Positions 12,201-21,700 of a stretch of 36,389 bases of DNA are shown in pieces. Within the stretch, counting starts at the first letter, position 1. Each line of letters starts with the position of its first letter. This DNA comes from Thecamonas trahens ATCC 50062. Taxonomy: Eukaryota > Protista > Apusomonadida. Location: NCBI RefSeq assembly GCF_000142905.1, contig NW_013657623.1:145857-182245 (forward strand). The letters run 5' to 3'. The position numbers and the translations under genes are program-made. The notes below the pieces were generated by a model. The model worked only from the letters and a program-made list of their open reading frames with translations, made no database searches and was not told the DNA's origin.

Positions 12201-15057
12201 CCTTACAACGCGACTGGCGAATCCCGAGTACGCGCCGGCGGTCTTTTCCAAGACCTCGATCATCAACTTTACGGTGACCGAGGGCGGGCTGGAGGACCAG
12301 CTGCTCAATGTGGTGGTTCGGCACGAGAAGGAGGAGCTCGAGATCAAGCGCGAGTCGCTGGTGACTGAGATGTCGCAATCGAAGACGCTGCTCAAGAGCT
12401 TAGAGAACTCACTGCTTGCCAAGCTCGAGTCTGCAACGGGATACATGCTCGACAACGAGGAGCTCATTGCCACGCTGCAAGAGACCAAGGCCAAGGGGAC
12501 GGAAGTGTCCGAGAAGCTTGCGCTGGCACAGACGACCGCGGCTGAAGTGGAGGTCTCGCGGAATGCGTACCGGCCTGCGGCGGCGCGGGGCTCGAAGCTC
12601 TTCTTTGCGCTCTCGGGCATGTCGGCGATCTCGCCGATGTACGAGTTTTCGCTGCTGGCGTACCTGGACGTGTTCTCGTCTGCGGTCGTCAAGTCGCCAT
12701 TTTCGGCGAACATGAGCAAGCGACTGGCGGCGATTGTACAGGCGCTGACCGAGGCGGTGTACGTGTATGGATGTACAGGCCTTTTCGAGCGGCACAAGCT
12801 GACGTTTTCGCTCCAGCTCGCACTCAAGGTGGCCCAGGATGCCGTGCCAGGCGAGCAGCTCGACTTTTTCCTCAAGGGCAACATTTCGCTGCAAAAGTCG
12901 GAGCGGACCAATGTGCTTGAGTGGCTGCCTGCGCGTGGATGGGAGGATCTGCAGCGGCTGGAGCGGCTCGGTGGCGTGTTTGAGGCCGTGGTCGACGCGG
13001 TGGTGGAGAACGCGGACGCGTGGCACTCGTGGTACATGTCCGAGGCACCGGAAGAGGTCGAGGAGCTGCCTGGCGGATGGGGGCACGAGGCGAACGAGTT
13101 TGAGCGGCTCTGCCTCTTGCGGTGCTTCCGAACCGACCGGGTGTATGTGGGCGTCTCGCGGTTTGTGGTCTCGCAAATGGGCGAGCGGTATGTGCAGCCG
13201 CCGGTGGTCTCGATCAAGTCTGTGTTTGACCAGTCAACGCCGACTGCGCCGATTGTGTTTGTGCTCTCCCCCGGCTCGGACCCGTACGCTGACCTGTCCA
13301 AGCTCGCGGACGAGCTCGACTTTCGGGCGCGGCTCAAGACGCTCTCGCTCGGCCAGGGCCAGGAGGGGCTGGCCCGGACGCTGCTGGAGACAGGGGCCAC
13401 GCGCGGGCAGTGGATTCTGCTCATGAACTGCCACCTGCTCACCAAGTGGCTCAAGGAGCTGGAGAAGCTGCTGGAGGGCCTCGAGGCGCCACACAAAGAC
13501 TTCCGGCTCTGGCTCACGACCGAGCCGACAGACGAGTTCCCGATCGGGATCTTGCAGCGGTCGCTCAAGGTGGTGACCGAGCCGCCGTCCGGGCTCAAGT
13601 TCAACATGGCGGCGTCGTTTGCCAAGATTACGCCGAACATGCTGAGCTCTTCGCCACACCCGGCGTTCCCGCCGCTTGTGTATGTCCTTGCCTTTTTCCA
13701 CGCCGTGGTGCAGGAGCGGCGCAAGTACGGCAAGGTTGGGTGGAACGTGGCGTACGACTTTAACGAGTCGGACTTCCGGGTCTCGTTTGAGCTGCTACGG
13801 ACGTACCTGACCAAGGCGTGGGAGAAGGGCGAGGCGGCGCTGCCCTGGGGCTCGCTGCGGTACCTCATTGGCGAGGCGATGTACGGCGGGCGCGTGACGG
13901 ACGACTTTGACCGGCGGGTGCTCATCACGTACCTCGACGAGTACATGGGCGACTTTCTCTTTGACACCTTCCAGCCGTTCTACTTTTACGCGCCGGGTGA
14001 CGAGGAGGCCAGCAGCGGAGTGGCTTATTCGATTCCTAGCGACCACTCGCTGGGCGGGTACCTCAACGAGATCGAGGCTCTGCCGCAGCACAACTCACCG
14101 CAGGTCTTTGGCCTCCACCCCAACGCAGAGATTGGCTACCTGACGGATGCGACGCGGTCGCTGTGGCGGAACATGATCGACCTGCAGCCGCGAGTCGGGT
14201 CTGCGACCGCAAGCGGTGGGCTCTCACGCGAGGCACTCATTGGCTCGATCGCCATGGACATCCAGTCGAAGCTCCCGGCGGCGTTTGAGGTCGACCGCAT
14301 CACCAACGAGATGGGCGCGGTTCTCTCGCCAGTCCAGGTTGTGCTGTTGCAGGAGCTGGACCGGTTCAACGCGCTGCTGACAACAATTGCCAACAGCCTG
14401 CACGCGCTGCAGCGGGCGCTGGTGGGTGAGATCGGCATGAGCGCCTCGCTCGACGAGCTCGCGCACTCGCTTTACAACGGAGCTCTGCCACAGGTGTGGC
14501 GGCGGCTGGCGCCGGCGACAGAGAAGCTGCTTGCGGGATGGATCGACCACTTCCTCGAGCGGTACAGACAGTACGCCGACTGGGTTACGCACGGCGAGCC
14601 GCCGGTGATGTGGCTCTCGGGCCTGCATGTACCCGAGGCGTACCTGACGGCGCTAGTGCAGACGACGTGCCGGGCCAACGGGTGGCCGCTGGACAAGTCG
14701 ACGCTGTACACACAGGTGACGCAGTTTGTCGACCCGGCCGAGGTCGAGTCAAAGCCCGAGAGTGGGTGCTACGTCCGCGGACTCTACCTCGAGGGCGCGT
14801 CGTGGGACCGCGAGGCCGGTGCGCTCGCACCGCAGGAGCCCAAGGTTCTCGTCACTGATCTTCCGATTCTGCGGATTGTGCCCATCGAGCGGCACAAGCT
14901 CAAGCTTGGCGGGACGTTCAAGACGCCCGTGTACGTGACCCAGGGCAGGGCGAACGCCATGGGCGAGGGTCTGGTGTTTGAGGCCGACCTCGGGAGCGAG
15001 GAGCATGAGTCGATCTGGGTTCTCAGCGGCGTCTCGCTCTGCCTCAACGTGGCGTGA
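251..15057 (+). CDS. DNAH10: Axonemal dynein heavy chain, inner arm I1/f alpha type (DNAH10-like), ~4935 aa, no evident introns, one single-base frameshift at ~6389-6393
   Basis: ATG at 251 (MEFDDGK). Tail motifs GPMAEVAYW, AKDNVKFL, RKWMYLESIF, FPRFFFISDEELL. Motor motifs YGYEYMG, RLVITPLTDR, P1 GPAGTGKTET, WGCFDEFNR, P2 [33 protein letters not shown], P3 GGTGTAKT, P4 GVDGSGRKS, IDPQLQ, C-terminal GLYLEGASW. Joining ORF 164..6427 to ORF 6316..15057 gives QVWWTWEVEDVFRQVRKGNKLAMK, which matches the DNAH10-type segment as I recall it. Confidence 0.9.
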
Positions 15058-15070
15058 GTGGCAGATGAGC

Positions 15071-15745
15071 TCAGCGGGAGAGGCGGATAAAGTCGGCGGC
15101 ATGCAGTGTGGCGTAGCCAGCAGCAGCGGCAAGTGCAGTAGCGAGCACGCCGAACATGGCGGTGCCGAGGAGGGCATGCGCAGCGAGGGCGGCAAGGAGG
15201 GCACCGGTGGCAAAGAACACCAGCGCCGACGGATGCGTGATGTCCTGCCGACGGAGCGCATTGGCAAAGCCGCGATGAAGGAGGAAGACAGCAACGGCAG
15301 CCATGGCCAGCGGGCGGGTAGAGAGCGAGCGAGACGGAGCAGGCGAGGGCTGATCGAGCGGAGGAGCGGACCGGAGAGGCGGCGGCGATGGGGTAGCGGT
15401 GGGCGGCGGGTGGATGTGGTCGTAGTGATCAGCGTGGGGCGGGGCAGGCGTATCGGTGACGGCAGCGGCTATGGCGGCCTCGATGGGGTCCAAACCAAGG
15501 TGCGAGGCAGCCGCCATGAGCGTAGCTTCAAACTGAGCGTAGCTCGCGCCGTCGACAGGGAGCGCTTCGACGAGTGCCGCCGCATCGTCCGGGTGGATGC
15601 CAGCGGCAAGGAGCACATGTATGGCGTCGGGAGGCGAGAGGAGGCCGGTGAGGTCGCGGGCAAAGAGGGCGTGGGCGTGGGCAGGGGCGAGGGCGAGGAT
15701 GAGGGTGAGGGCGAGGGCGAGGGTGGCTACGGCGGGGGGTGGCAT
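15071..15745 (-). CDS. Hypothetical 224-aa protein: signal peptide, small helical domain, Pro-rich linker, 2-3 C-terminal hydrophobic helices
   Basis: ATG-initiated ORF filling the space between the dynein stop and the next gene. Hydrophobic N-terminus (LALALTLILALAPAHAHA), genome-typical GCC/CTC codon usage, C-terminal hydrophobic segments. No family recognised. Confidence 0.6.
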   Translation of the reverse strand: MPPPAVATLALALTLILALAPAHAHALFARDLTGLLSPPDAIHVLLAAGIHPDDAAALVEALPVDGASYAQFEATLMAAASHLGLDPIEAAIAAAVTDTPAPPHADHYDHIHPPPTATPSPPPLRSAPPLDQPSPAPSRSLSTRPLAMAAVAVFLLHRGFANALRRQDITHPSALVFFATGALLAALAAHALLGTAMFGVLATALAAAAGYATLHAADFIRLSR

Positions 15746-15816
15746 GCTGGGCAGGTTGGGTTGGGTCGGGCCGGCCTCGGCTGGGTTGGGTGGCTGGCTG
15801 TCTTTGGTTTACGCGT

Positions 15817-18528
15817 TTACGAATCCGAGTCGGAGAGCGAGTGCTCGCGCGAGTTGATGTGATCGAGGGCGATGGAAGCAGGGGCGGAGGCTGACGAGGC
15901 GCTCGATGGCGACGACGAATTGAGGATGACGGGCGCGACTTTGGAAAAGGAGACGCTTTTGGCTGGGGCATAGCCGCGGCGCTGGGCAGAGCGGGCGGTC
16001 AGGAGCTCGATGCCGGCGAGGGCAACGCCGCCGACGGAGAGGATGACTGAGACCAGACCACCCAGGCCGGCCACAAAGTCGAGCGTCGACATCCGCCGCT
16101 CGACGGTGGTCAACTCGTGAAAGTTCGACTTGAAAAACTGGAGGACAACCGGTGGTGACGGGTGCGCCGGCACAGGGACCGACGCCAGCGAGCCGGACGT
16201 CGGCCGTGCTATGACCTGGGTCTGGAACGCGTACCCGGTCGTCGTCACCTTGGCATCACGCTCGTAGGTGACGTGCTGGTACGTAGTCGCTCTGATCCGA
16301 AGCGTTGCTGGATCCGACGCCGACGTCGCGTAGTAGACGTGCGAGTCTGGCGCGGCCACAGTGAGCCCGGCTTCGCCAGAAGCGCCTGGGTCGCCGTAGC
16401 TACTGCCGAGAGTGGCAGCCTCGAGCTTGAGGGTCACGCCCGAGTAGATCCGTCCGGCATAGTCGATGGTGGTGGTGGGCGAGAGGGTCATGTCGCACCC
16501 GGAAGTGCACTCCCACACTACCCGACAGGTCTGCAGGCCGACGAGCTCGCAGGTTGAGGTGGAGGTCATGGCCGAGTTCCAGCCCGAGGTGGAGATGGTG
16601 ACGCCCGAGCCGCACGATCCGTCTGGAGCGACACACCAGTTCGAGCCGGTGTCGGTCCGCACAAAGTCGAGCGAGGCGCGGATGGCGGTGCGGAAAGTGG
16701 TATCGCTGACGAGGCCGGACGGGACGGGATCAAAGCCCTGCGAGCGAGTGACTGTCGCGTTATCGTACTGGAACTGAATGAAGAAGATGGCGACAGCAAC
16801 GCTGCAGCCACAGACGAGCAAGACGGTCATTGCTGCACCTGTACAGCTCTTGCGCTCATGAAGAACACCCGTAGCAGGCTCGGAATCATTGCGTCGGACA
16901 AGGATGTCGAGCCGCGCCCAGATGTGAGACTTGAGCTCTGGCGACGCTCGCAAGGCCACACATCCAACTAGACCACAGAGCAAAACGGTGGCGCAGGCAA
17001 AGGCAAGCAGACCAAGCTTTCCAGCCTCAAACACCTTGTCCGAGTCTGAAAATCGCGACTGCGGGAAGCGATGGGTGCGCAAGTACGAAGTCCGGTCCAG
17101 CGGCACCTCGGGCGGGTACGGCGCCGCGAGGCCTGAGGCCGGGCAGAGCGCGGCCGAGGCGCAGCTCTCACAAGTAGTGTGGTCCGCGTTCGAGATGGTG
17201 CCGGGCGGGCAGGCGGTGCAGTTGGCAGCGCCAGTGGCCGAGACATAGCCAGCAGCACAAGGTGTTGCCGCAGTCGCACCGGAAGGGCAGTACGAGCCCG
17301 AAGGGCACGGTGCACAGGTGGCCGGCGTTGCGCCGGGCAACGAGCCGGCCGCGCAAGGTTGGCAAATGAGGCCGGTGGAGATGGCGTGGCTTGGGCATGG
17401 CGCACATGCATTTGTCTCCGGCTCCAGTTTGTGGTCCAGTGGGCATGGCGGCAGCACCAGCGTGTTGGCATACAAGGTGGTGTCGAAAGCAAGCTGGACA
17501 AGGGCGCCGGGGTAGACGACTAGTCCGATCGCGTTCCGGGCACGATCAGGGCTCGTGTAGACAACGCGACAGGAGACCAGATCCAAATCGCAAGCAGCCA
17601 TCGAAGCGTAGGTATCGCTGGAAGGCGGCGGCATGCTGTGGAAGGTGATGAGTAGCCAGCCCGAGGAGTGGACTACCATGTCCAGGATCTTGCCTGGGAC
17701 TGCATTCATGGCGGTGACGCAGCCGGTGCCGTCGAGCGCGCACTTGGCAAGGTGTCCGACAGAGTCTGTCGAGCCTGCCGCATACAATGCGGTAGCAGAG
17801 GTGGCGATGGCGGATGCGGCTAGGGCTGACGGAGCAGCGAGGACGGTGGCAGTAGCGCACGACTTGCCGTCATGCTCACACACGCCAACCTCGATGTGCG
17901 TACCAACCACGTTGGCGATGCGAATACGGGAGGCATCGACCACCGCCGAGTAGTGGTCGCCAGTCACGGCAGCGGCACAGTCGTGTGGGCCATCCACTAC
18001 AGCAGCGACGTCGACCGAAAGAAACGTGCACTTGCCGCCAGACTTGTAGGCCATGAACCAGCGATCAGCGACCATGCCTCCTGCGGTTTGAGGAAAGTCA
18101 TCCGGAGCAACACCGAGCGACGTGACCGAGCAGGCAGAGATGTTGCTCGCGTCACAGACCACCAGCAGAATACCGTTCTTGTCGGCGAGGATGGTGGCGA
18201 GCTTGTCGGCGGGCGAGTTGAAGCCCCAGCCTTTGATGGCGGTGGGCGCCTCGACAATGGTGTCATCGACCACATAAGTTGAGCAACCAGAGCCATCGGT
18301 AGCACAGTCCAAAGTGGTGAGACCAGCCGCAGAGTCAAAGCCCACCAGAGCCATGCGGGTGGGTGAGAGGGCGGCAACGGCGATGCTGGCCGAGAAGTAG
18401 TTCGGGCCGGCGGCCGGGTAGGCGACGGTGGTCACCTCGGCTGCGGCAGACAGGGCGAGGGCGATGGTGAGGGTGAATGTGAGGGAGATGGTGAGGGCGA
18501 GGGAGAGGGGAGAGGGTATGATGGACAT
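15817..18528 (-). CDS. Cys-rich multi-pass surface protein, paralog A (903 aa): signal peptide, CxxDGxxC-type repeats, GCC2/GCC3 (ephrin-receptor-like) Cys repeats, 3 TM
   Basis: Uninterrupted ORF with signal peptide. Repeats CATDGSGC, CEHDGKSC, CALDGTGC; GCC-type CAPCPSGSYCPSG and CTACPPGTIS. TMs LGLLAFACATVLLCGLVGCVAL, AAMTVLLVCGCSVAVAIFFIQF and FVAGLGGLVSVILSVGGVALAGI. Confidence 0.85.
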   Translation of the reverse strand: MSIIPSPLSLALTISLTFTLTIALALSAAAEVTTVAYPAAGPNYFSASIAVAALSPTRMALVGFDSAAGLTTLDCATDGSGCSTYVVDDTIVEAPTAIKGWGFNSPADKLATILADKNGILLVVCDASNISACSVTSLGVAPDDFPQTAGGMVADRWFMAYKSGGKCTFLSVDVAAVVDGPHDCAAAVTGDHYSAVVDASRIRIANVVGTHIEVGVCEHDGKSCATATVLAAPSALAASAIATSATALYAAGSTDSVGHLAKCALDGTGCVTAMNAVPGKILDMVVHSSGWLLITFHSMPPPSSDTYASMAACDLDLVSCRVVYTSPDRARNAIGLVVYPGALVQLAFDTTLYANTLVLPPCPLDHKLEPETNACAPCPSHAISTGLICQPCAAGSLPGATPATCAPCPSGSYCPSGATAATPCAAGYVSATGAANCTACPPGTISNADHTTCESCASAALCPASGLAAPYPPEVPLDRTSYLRTHRFPQSRFSDSDKVFEAGKLGLLAFACATVLLCGLVGCVALRASPELKSHIWARLDILVRRNDSEPATGVLHERKSCTGAAMTVLLVCGCSVAVAIFFIQFQYDNATVTRSQGFDPVPSGLVSDTTFRTAIRASLDFVRTDTGSNWCVAPDGSCGSGVTISTSGWNSAMTSTSTCELVGLQTCRVVWECTSGCDMTLSPTTTIDYAGRIYSGVTLKLEAATLGSSYGDPGASGEAGLTVAAPDSHVYYATSASDPATLRIRATTYQHVTYERDAKVTTTGYAFQTQVIARPTSGSLASVPVPAHPSPPVVLQFFKSNFHELTTVERRMSTLDFVAGLGGLVSVILSVGGVALAGIELLTARSAQRRGYAPAKSVSFSKVAPVILNSSSPSSASSASAPASIALDHINSREHSLSDSDS

Positions 18529-18538
18529 GGTGGGGAGA

Positions 18539-18580
18539 GTGGTGGTGGTGGTGGTGGTGGTGGTGGTGGTGGTGGTGGTG
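18539..18580. repeat. (GGT)13 microsatellite immediately upstream of the paralog A start codon, i.e. (ACC)n on the sense strand
   Basis: Read directly from the sequence. Confidence 0.9.
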
Positions 18581-18709
18581 GGGAGAGTGATGGTGGTGGT
18601 GGTCGGGCCGAGGTGCGGAGGTTCGCGAACGTCGGTGGCGGCGCGTCGGGCGGCACGGCGGGGCGGGGCGGCGGTGGCGTGCGGCAGTTTGATTTGCTGT
18701 GGGTGCTAG

Positions 18710-21700
18710 CTAGGTCGATGATTCGGTGCTGGTACTACAGGTGTCGATGGTGTGCATGCGGGTGGTCGCGGACGAGCCAGACTTCGTCTCTGTGGGTAAG
18801 ACCTTGGCAGAGGAGACCAAGTCTTTCGAGTTGGCGCCATGTAGCGGCCCGCAGTGAACGGCGAGTTCGACGGTGGCGAGGGCAACGCCGCCGACGGAGA
18901 GGATGACTGAGACCAGACCACCCAGGCCGGCCACAAAGTCGAGCGTCGACATCCGCCGCTCGACGGTGGTCAACTCGTGGTCGGACGACTTGACAAACTC
19001 GAGGACAACCGGCGGTGACGGGTGCGCCGGCACAGGGACCGACGCCAGCGAGCCGGACGTCGGCCGTGCTATGACCTGGGTCTGGAACGCGTACCCGGTC
19101 GTCGTCACCTTGGCATCACGCTCGTAGGTGACGTGCTGGTACGTAGTCGCTCTGATCCGAAGCGTTGCTGGATCCGACGCCGACGTCGCGTAGTAGACGT
19201 GCGAGTCTGGCGCGGCTACGGTGAGCCCGGCTTCGCCAGAAGCGCCCGGGTCACCGTAGCTACTGCCGAGAGTGGCAGCCTCGAGCTTGAGGGTCACGCC
19301 CGAGTAGATCCGTCCGGCATAGTCGATGGTGGTGGTGGGCGAGAGGGTCATGTCGCACCCGGAAGTGCACTCCCACACTACCCGACAGGTCTGCAGCCCG
19401 ACGAGCTCGCAGGTTGAGGTGGAGGTCATGGCCGAGTTCCAGCCCGAGGTGGAGCATNNNNNNNNNNNNNNNNNNNNNNNNNNNNNNNNNNNNNNNNNNN
19501 NNNNNNNNNNNNNNNNNNNNNNNNNNNNNNNNNNNNNNNNNNNNNNNNNNNNNNNNNACGACTTGACAAACTCGAGGACAACCGGCGGTGACGGGTGCGC
19601 CGGCACAGGGACCGACGCCAGCGAGCCGGACGTCGGCCGTGCTATGACCTGGGTCTGGAACGCGTACCCGGTCGTCGTCACCTTGGCATCACGCTCGTAG
19701 GTGACGTGCTGGTACGTAGTCGCTCTGATCCGAAGCGTTGCTGGATCCGACGCCGACGTCGCGTAGTAGACGTGCGAGTCTGGCGCGGCTACGGTGAGCC
19801 CGGCTTCGCCAGAAGCGCCCGGGTCACCGTAGCTACTGCCGAGAGTGGCAGCCTCGAGCTTGAGGGTCACGCCCGAGTAGATCCGTCCGGCATAGTCGAT
19901 GGTGGTGGTGGGCGAGAGGGTCATGTCGCACCCGGAAGTGCACTCCCACACTACCCGACAGGTCTGCAGGCCGACGAGCTCGCAGGTTGAGGTGGAGGTC
20001 ATGGCTGAGTTCCAGCCCGAGGTGGAGATGGTGACGCCGGAGCCGCACGATCCGTCTGGAGCGACACACCAGTTCGAGCCGGTGTCGGTCCGCACAAAGT
20101 CGAGCGAGGCGCGGATGGCTGTGTGAAAGGTGTCATCAGTGATGTGGCCAGGCGGAACGGCGCCGAAGCCCTGTGCGCGAGTGACTGTCGCGTTATCGTA
20201 CTGGAACTGGACGAAGAAGATGGCGACAGCAACGATGGTGGCGCAGATGAGGAGGACGGTCATGGCTGCGCCGAGACAAGTTTTGCGGGCGCGGAGGGTG
20301 CGGGAGCCCGGCATGGTGTCGGTGCGAGAGACAAGAAGGTCGATCCGGTCCCAGAGCTGCGCTCTGGTCACGGGTGAGGCGCGCCAGGCGACAATGGCAA
20401 CCAGGCCACAGAGAACAAGGGTGGAGCAGGCAAAGGCCAGACCACCAAAGACGAAAGCCCGGTAGACCTTGTTGTTGTCGGCGAATCGCGACTGGGGAAA
20501 CCAGTGGGCGCGCGCGTACGAGACCCGGGCCATGGCGACGACTGGCGGGTACGGCGTGGCGAGGCCCGATGCGGGGCAGAGCGCGGCCGAGGCGCAGCTG
20601 TCGCAGACAGTATGCCCCTCGTTCGAGACGGTACCGGGCGGGCAGGCTGTGCAGTTGGCAGCAGCAGTGGCCGAGATGTAACCAGCATCGCATGGTAGGG
20701 GCGTTGTGGTGCCAAGCGGGCAATAGGTGCCGGGCGAGCAGTCGTCGCAGACAGTGGCGGCAGCAGAGGCGATGGTACCTGGCGAGCAGGGCGCGCAAAC
20801 GCCGCCGGTTGAAATGGTGTTGCCCGAGCATAGAATGCAGGCATTGGTGGAAGCATCAAGTCGGAAGCCAGACGTGCATGGCAGCAGTGGAAGTGACACA
20901 AAGATCAGCTCATTGTCAGTGCCGACAGCCATTGTGACCGACGAGGCGGCGAAGAACTGGCCAACAATGTCAGAGCCATCTGAGGCCCGGATGTAGATAG
21001 GGCTACAGGTACCGAGATCGAGCTCGCAGATGCCAATGGCCACGTGGCCATCGCTAGTTGCAGGGTTGACGTCCTTGTAGGCGACGACGAGCCAGTCAGA
21101 GGTGAACACATCTAGATAGGCGACTTCGCCCGGGAGGGCAGCGGCCTTGAGCACGCATCCAGATCCGTCGAGGGAGCAAGCGGCAAGATCGAGAAGTGTC
21201 TCATCGGCATTTGAGATCCCCACAAAGAGCTGTGTGGGTGTGGTGACGGCGGTTGGCCGCGAGTACGCATACGACGGCGACTCGAACAGCGTGATGGTGT
21301 TGCACTCCGATCCGTCAAACTCACATAGCGTGTGTATGACAGACTCACTGGACGTTGTCAAGATGCGCAGGCCCGATGCATCGGCTGCGACGTTGAACAT
21401 GTCCGAGACGTCAGCAGAGCACGAGTGTGGGCCACTGAGCGAGTCGGCCTCATCGACGGAGAGATACTCGCAGTTGCCGTCATGGTTCAGGACAAGGTAC
21501 TGCACGTTGTTGTGGGTGATGCCCATAACTTCGCCAAGGTTGGAGAGGAGAGTGCCATCGGCAATGATATCGATCATGGTGCATCCCGACACAGGCACAT
21601 CGCATTTGACCCTCTTGACAGCAGTGCCGATGATGCACAGGCCCCAGACCGAGGTACCTGACGAGGAGAGCGACCACGAGTTGTGCAAGTTGGGCGAAAA

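Noticed and set aside
11364-13967. 867-aa antisense ORF and many other long shadow ORFs over dynein, VPS35 and Sly1
   Set aside because: Expected by-product of strong GC3 codon bias on the coding strand; the translations are Ser/Arg-rich with no motifs.
164-15057. Two separate dynein genes or a dynein pseudogene
   Set aside because: The tail and motor halves are collinear across one missing base and show no other lesions in 14.8 kb.
14978-15862. 294-aa plus-strand ORF after dynein
   Set aside because: Gly/Arg-rich antisense shadow of the 15071..15745 gene, which has the better protein features.
18985-20027. Apparent internal domain duplication in paralog B
   Set aside because: The two copies are 99.6% identical and both abut a 100-N gap. 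Removing one gives ~891 aa, matching paralog A (903 aa), so an unmerged contig overlap is the best explanation.
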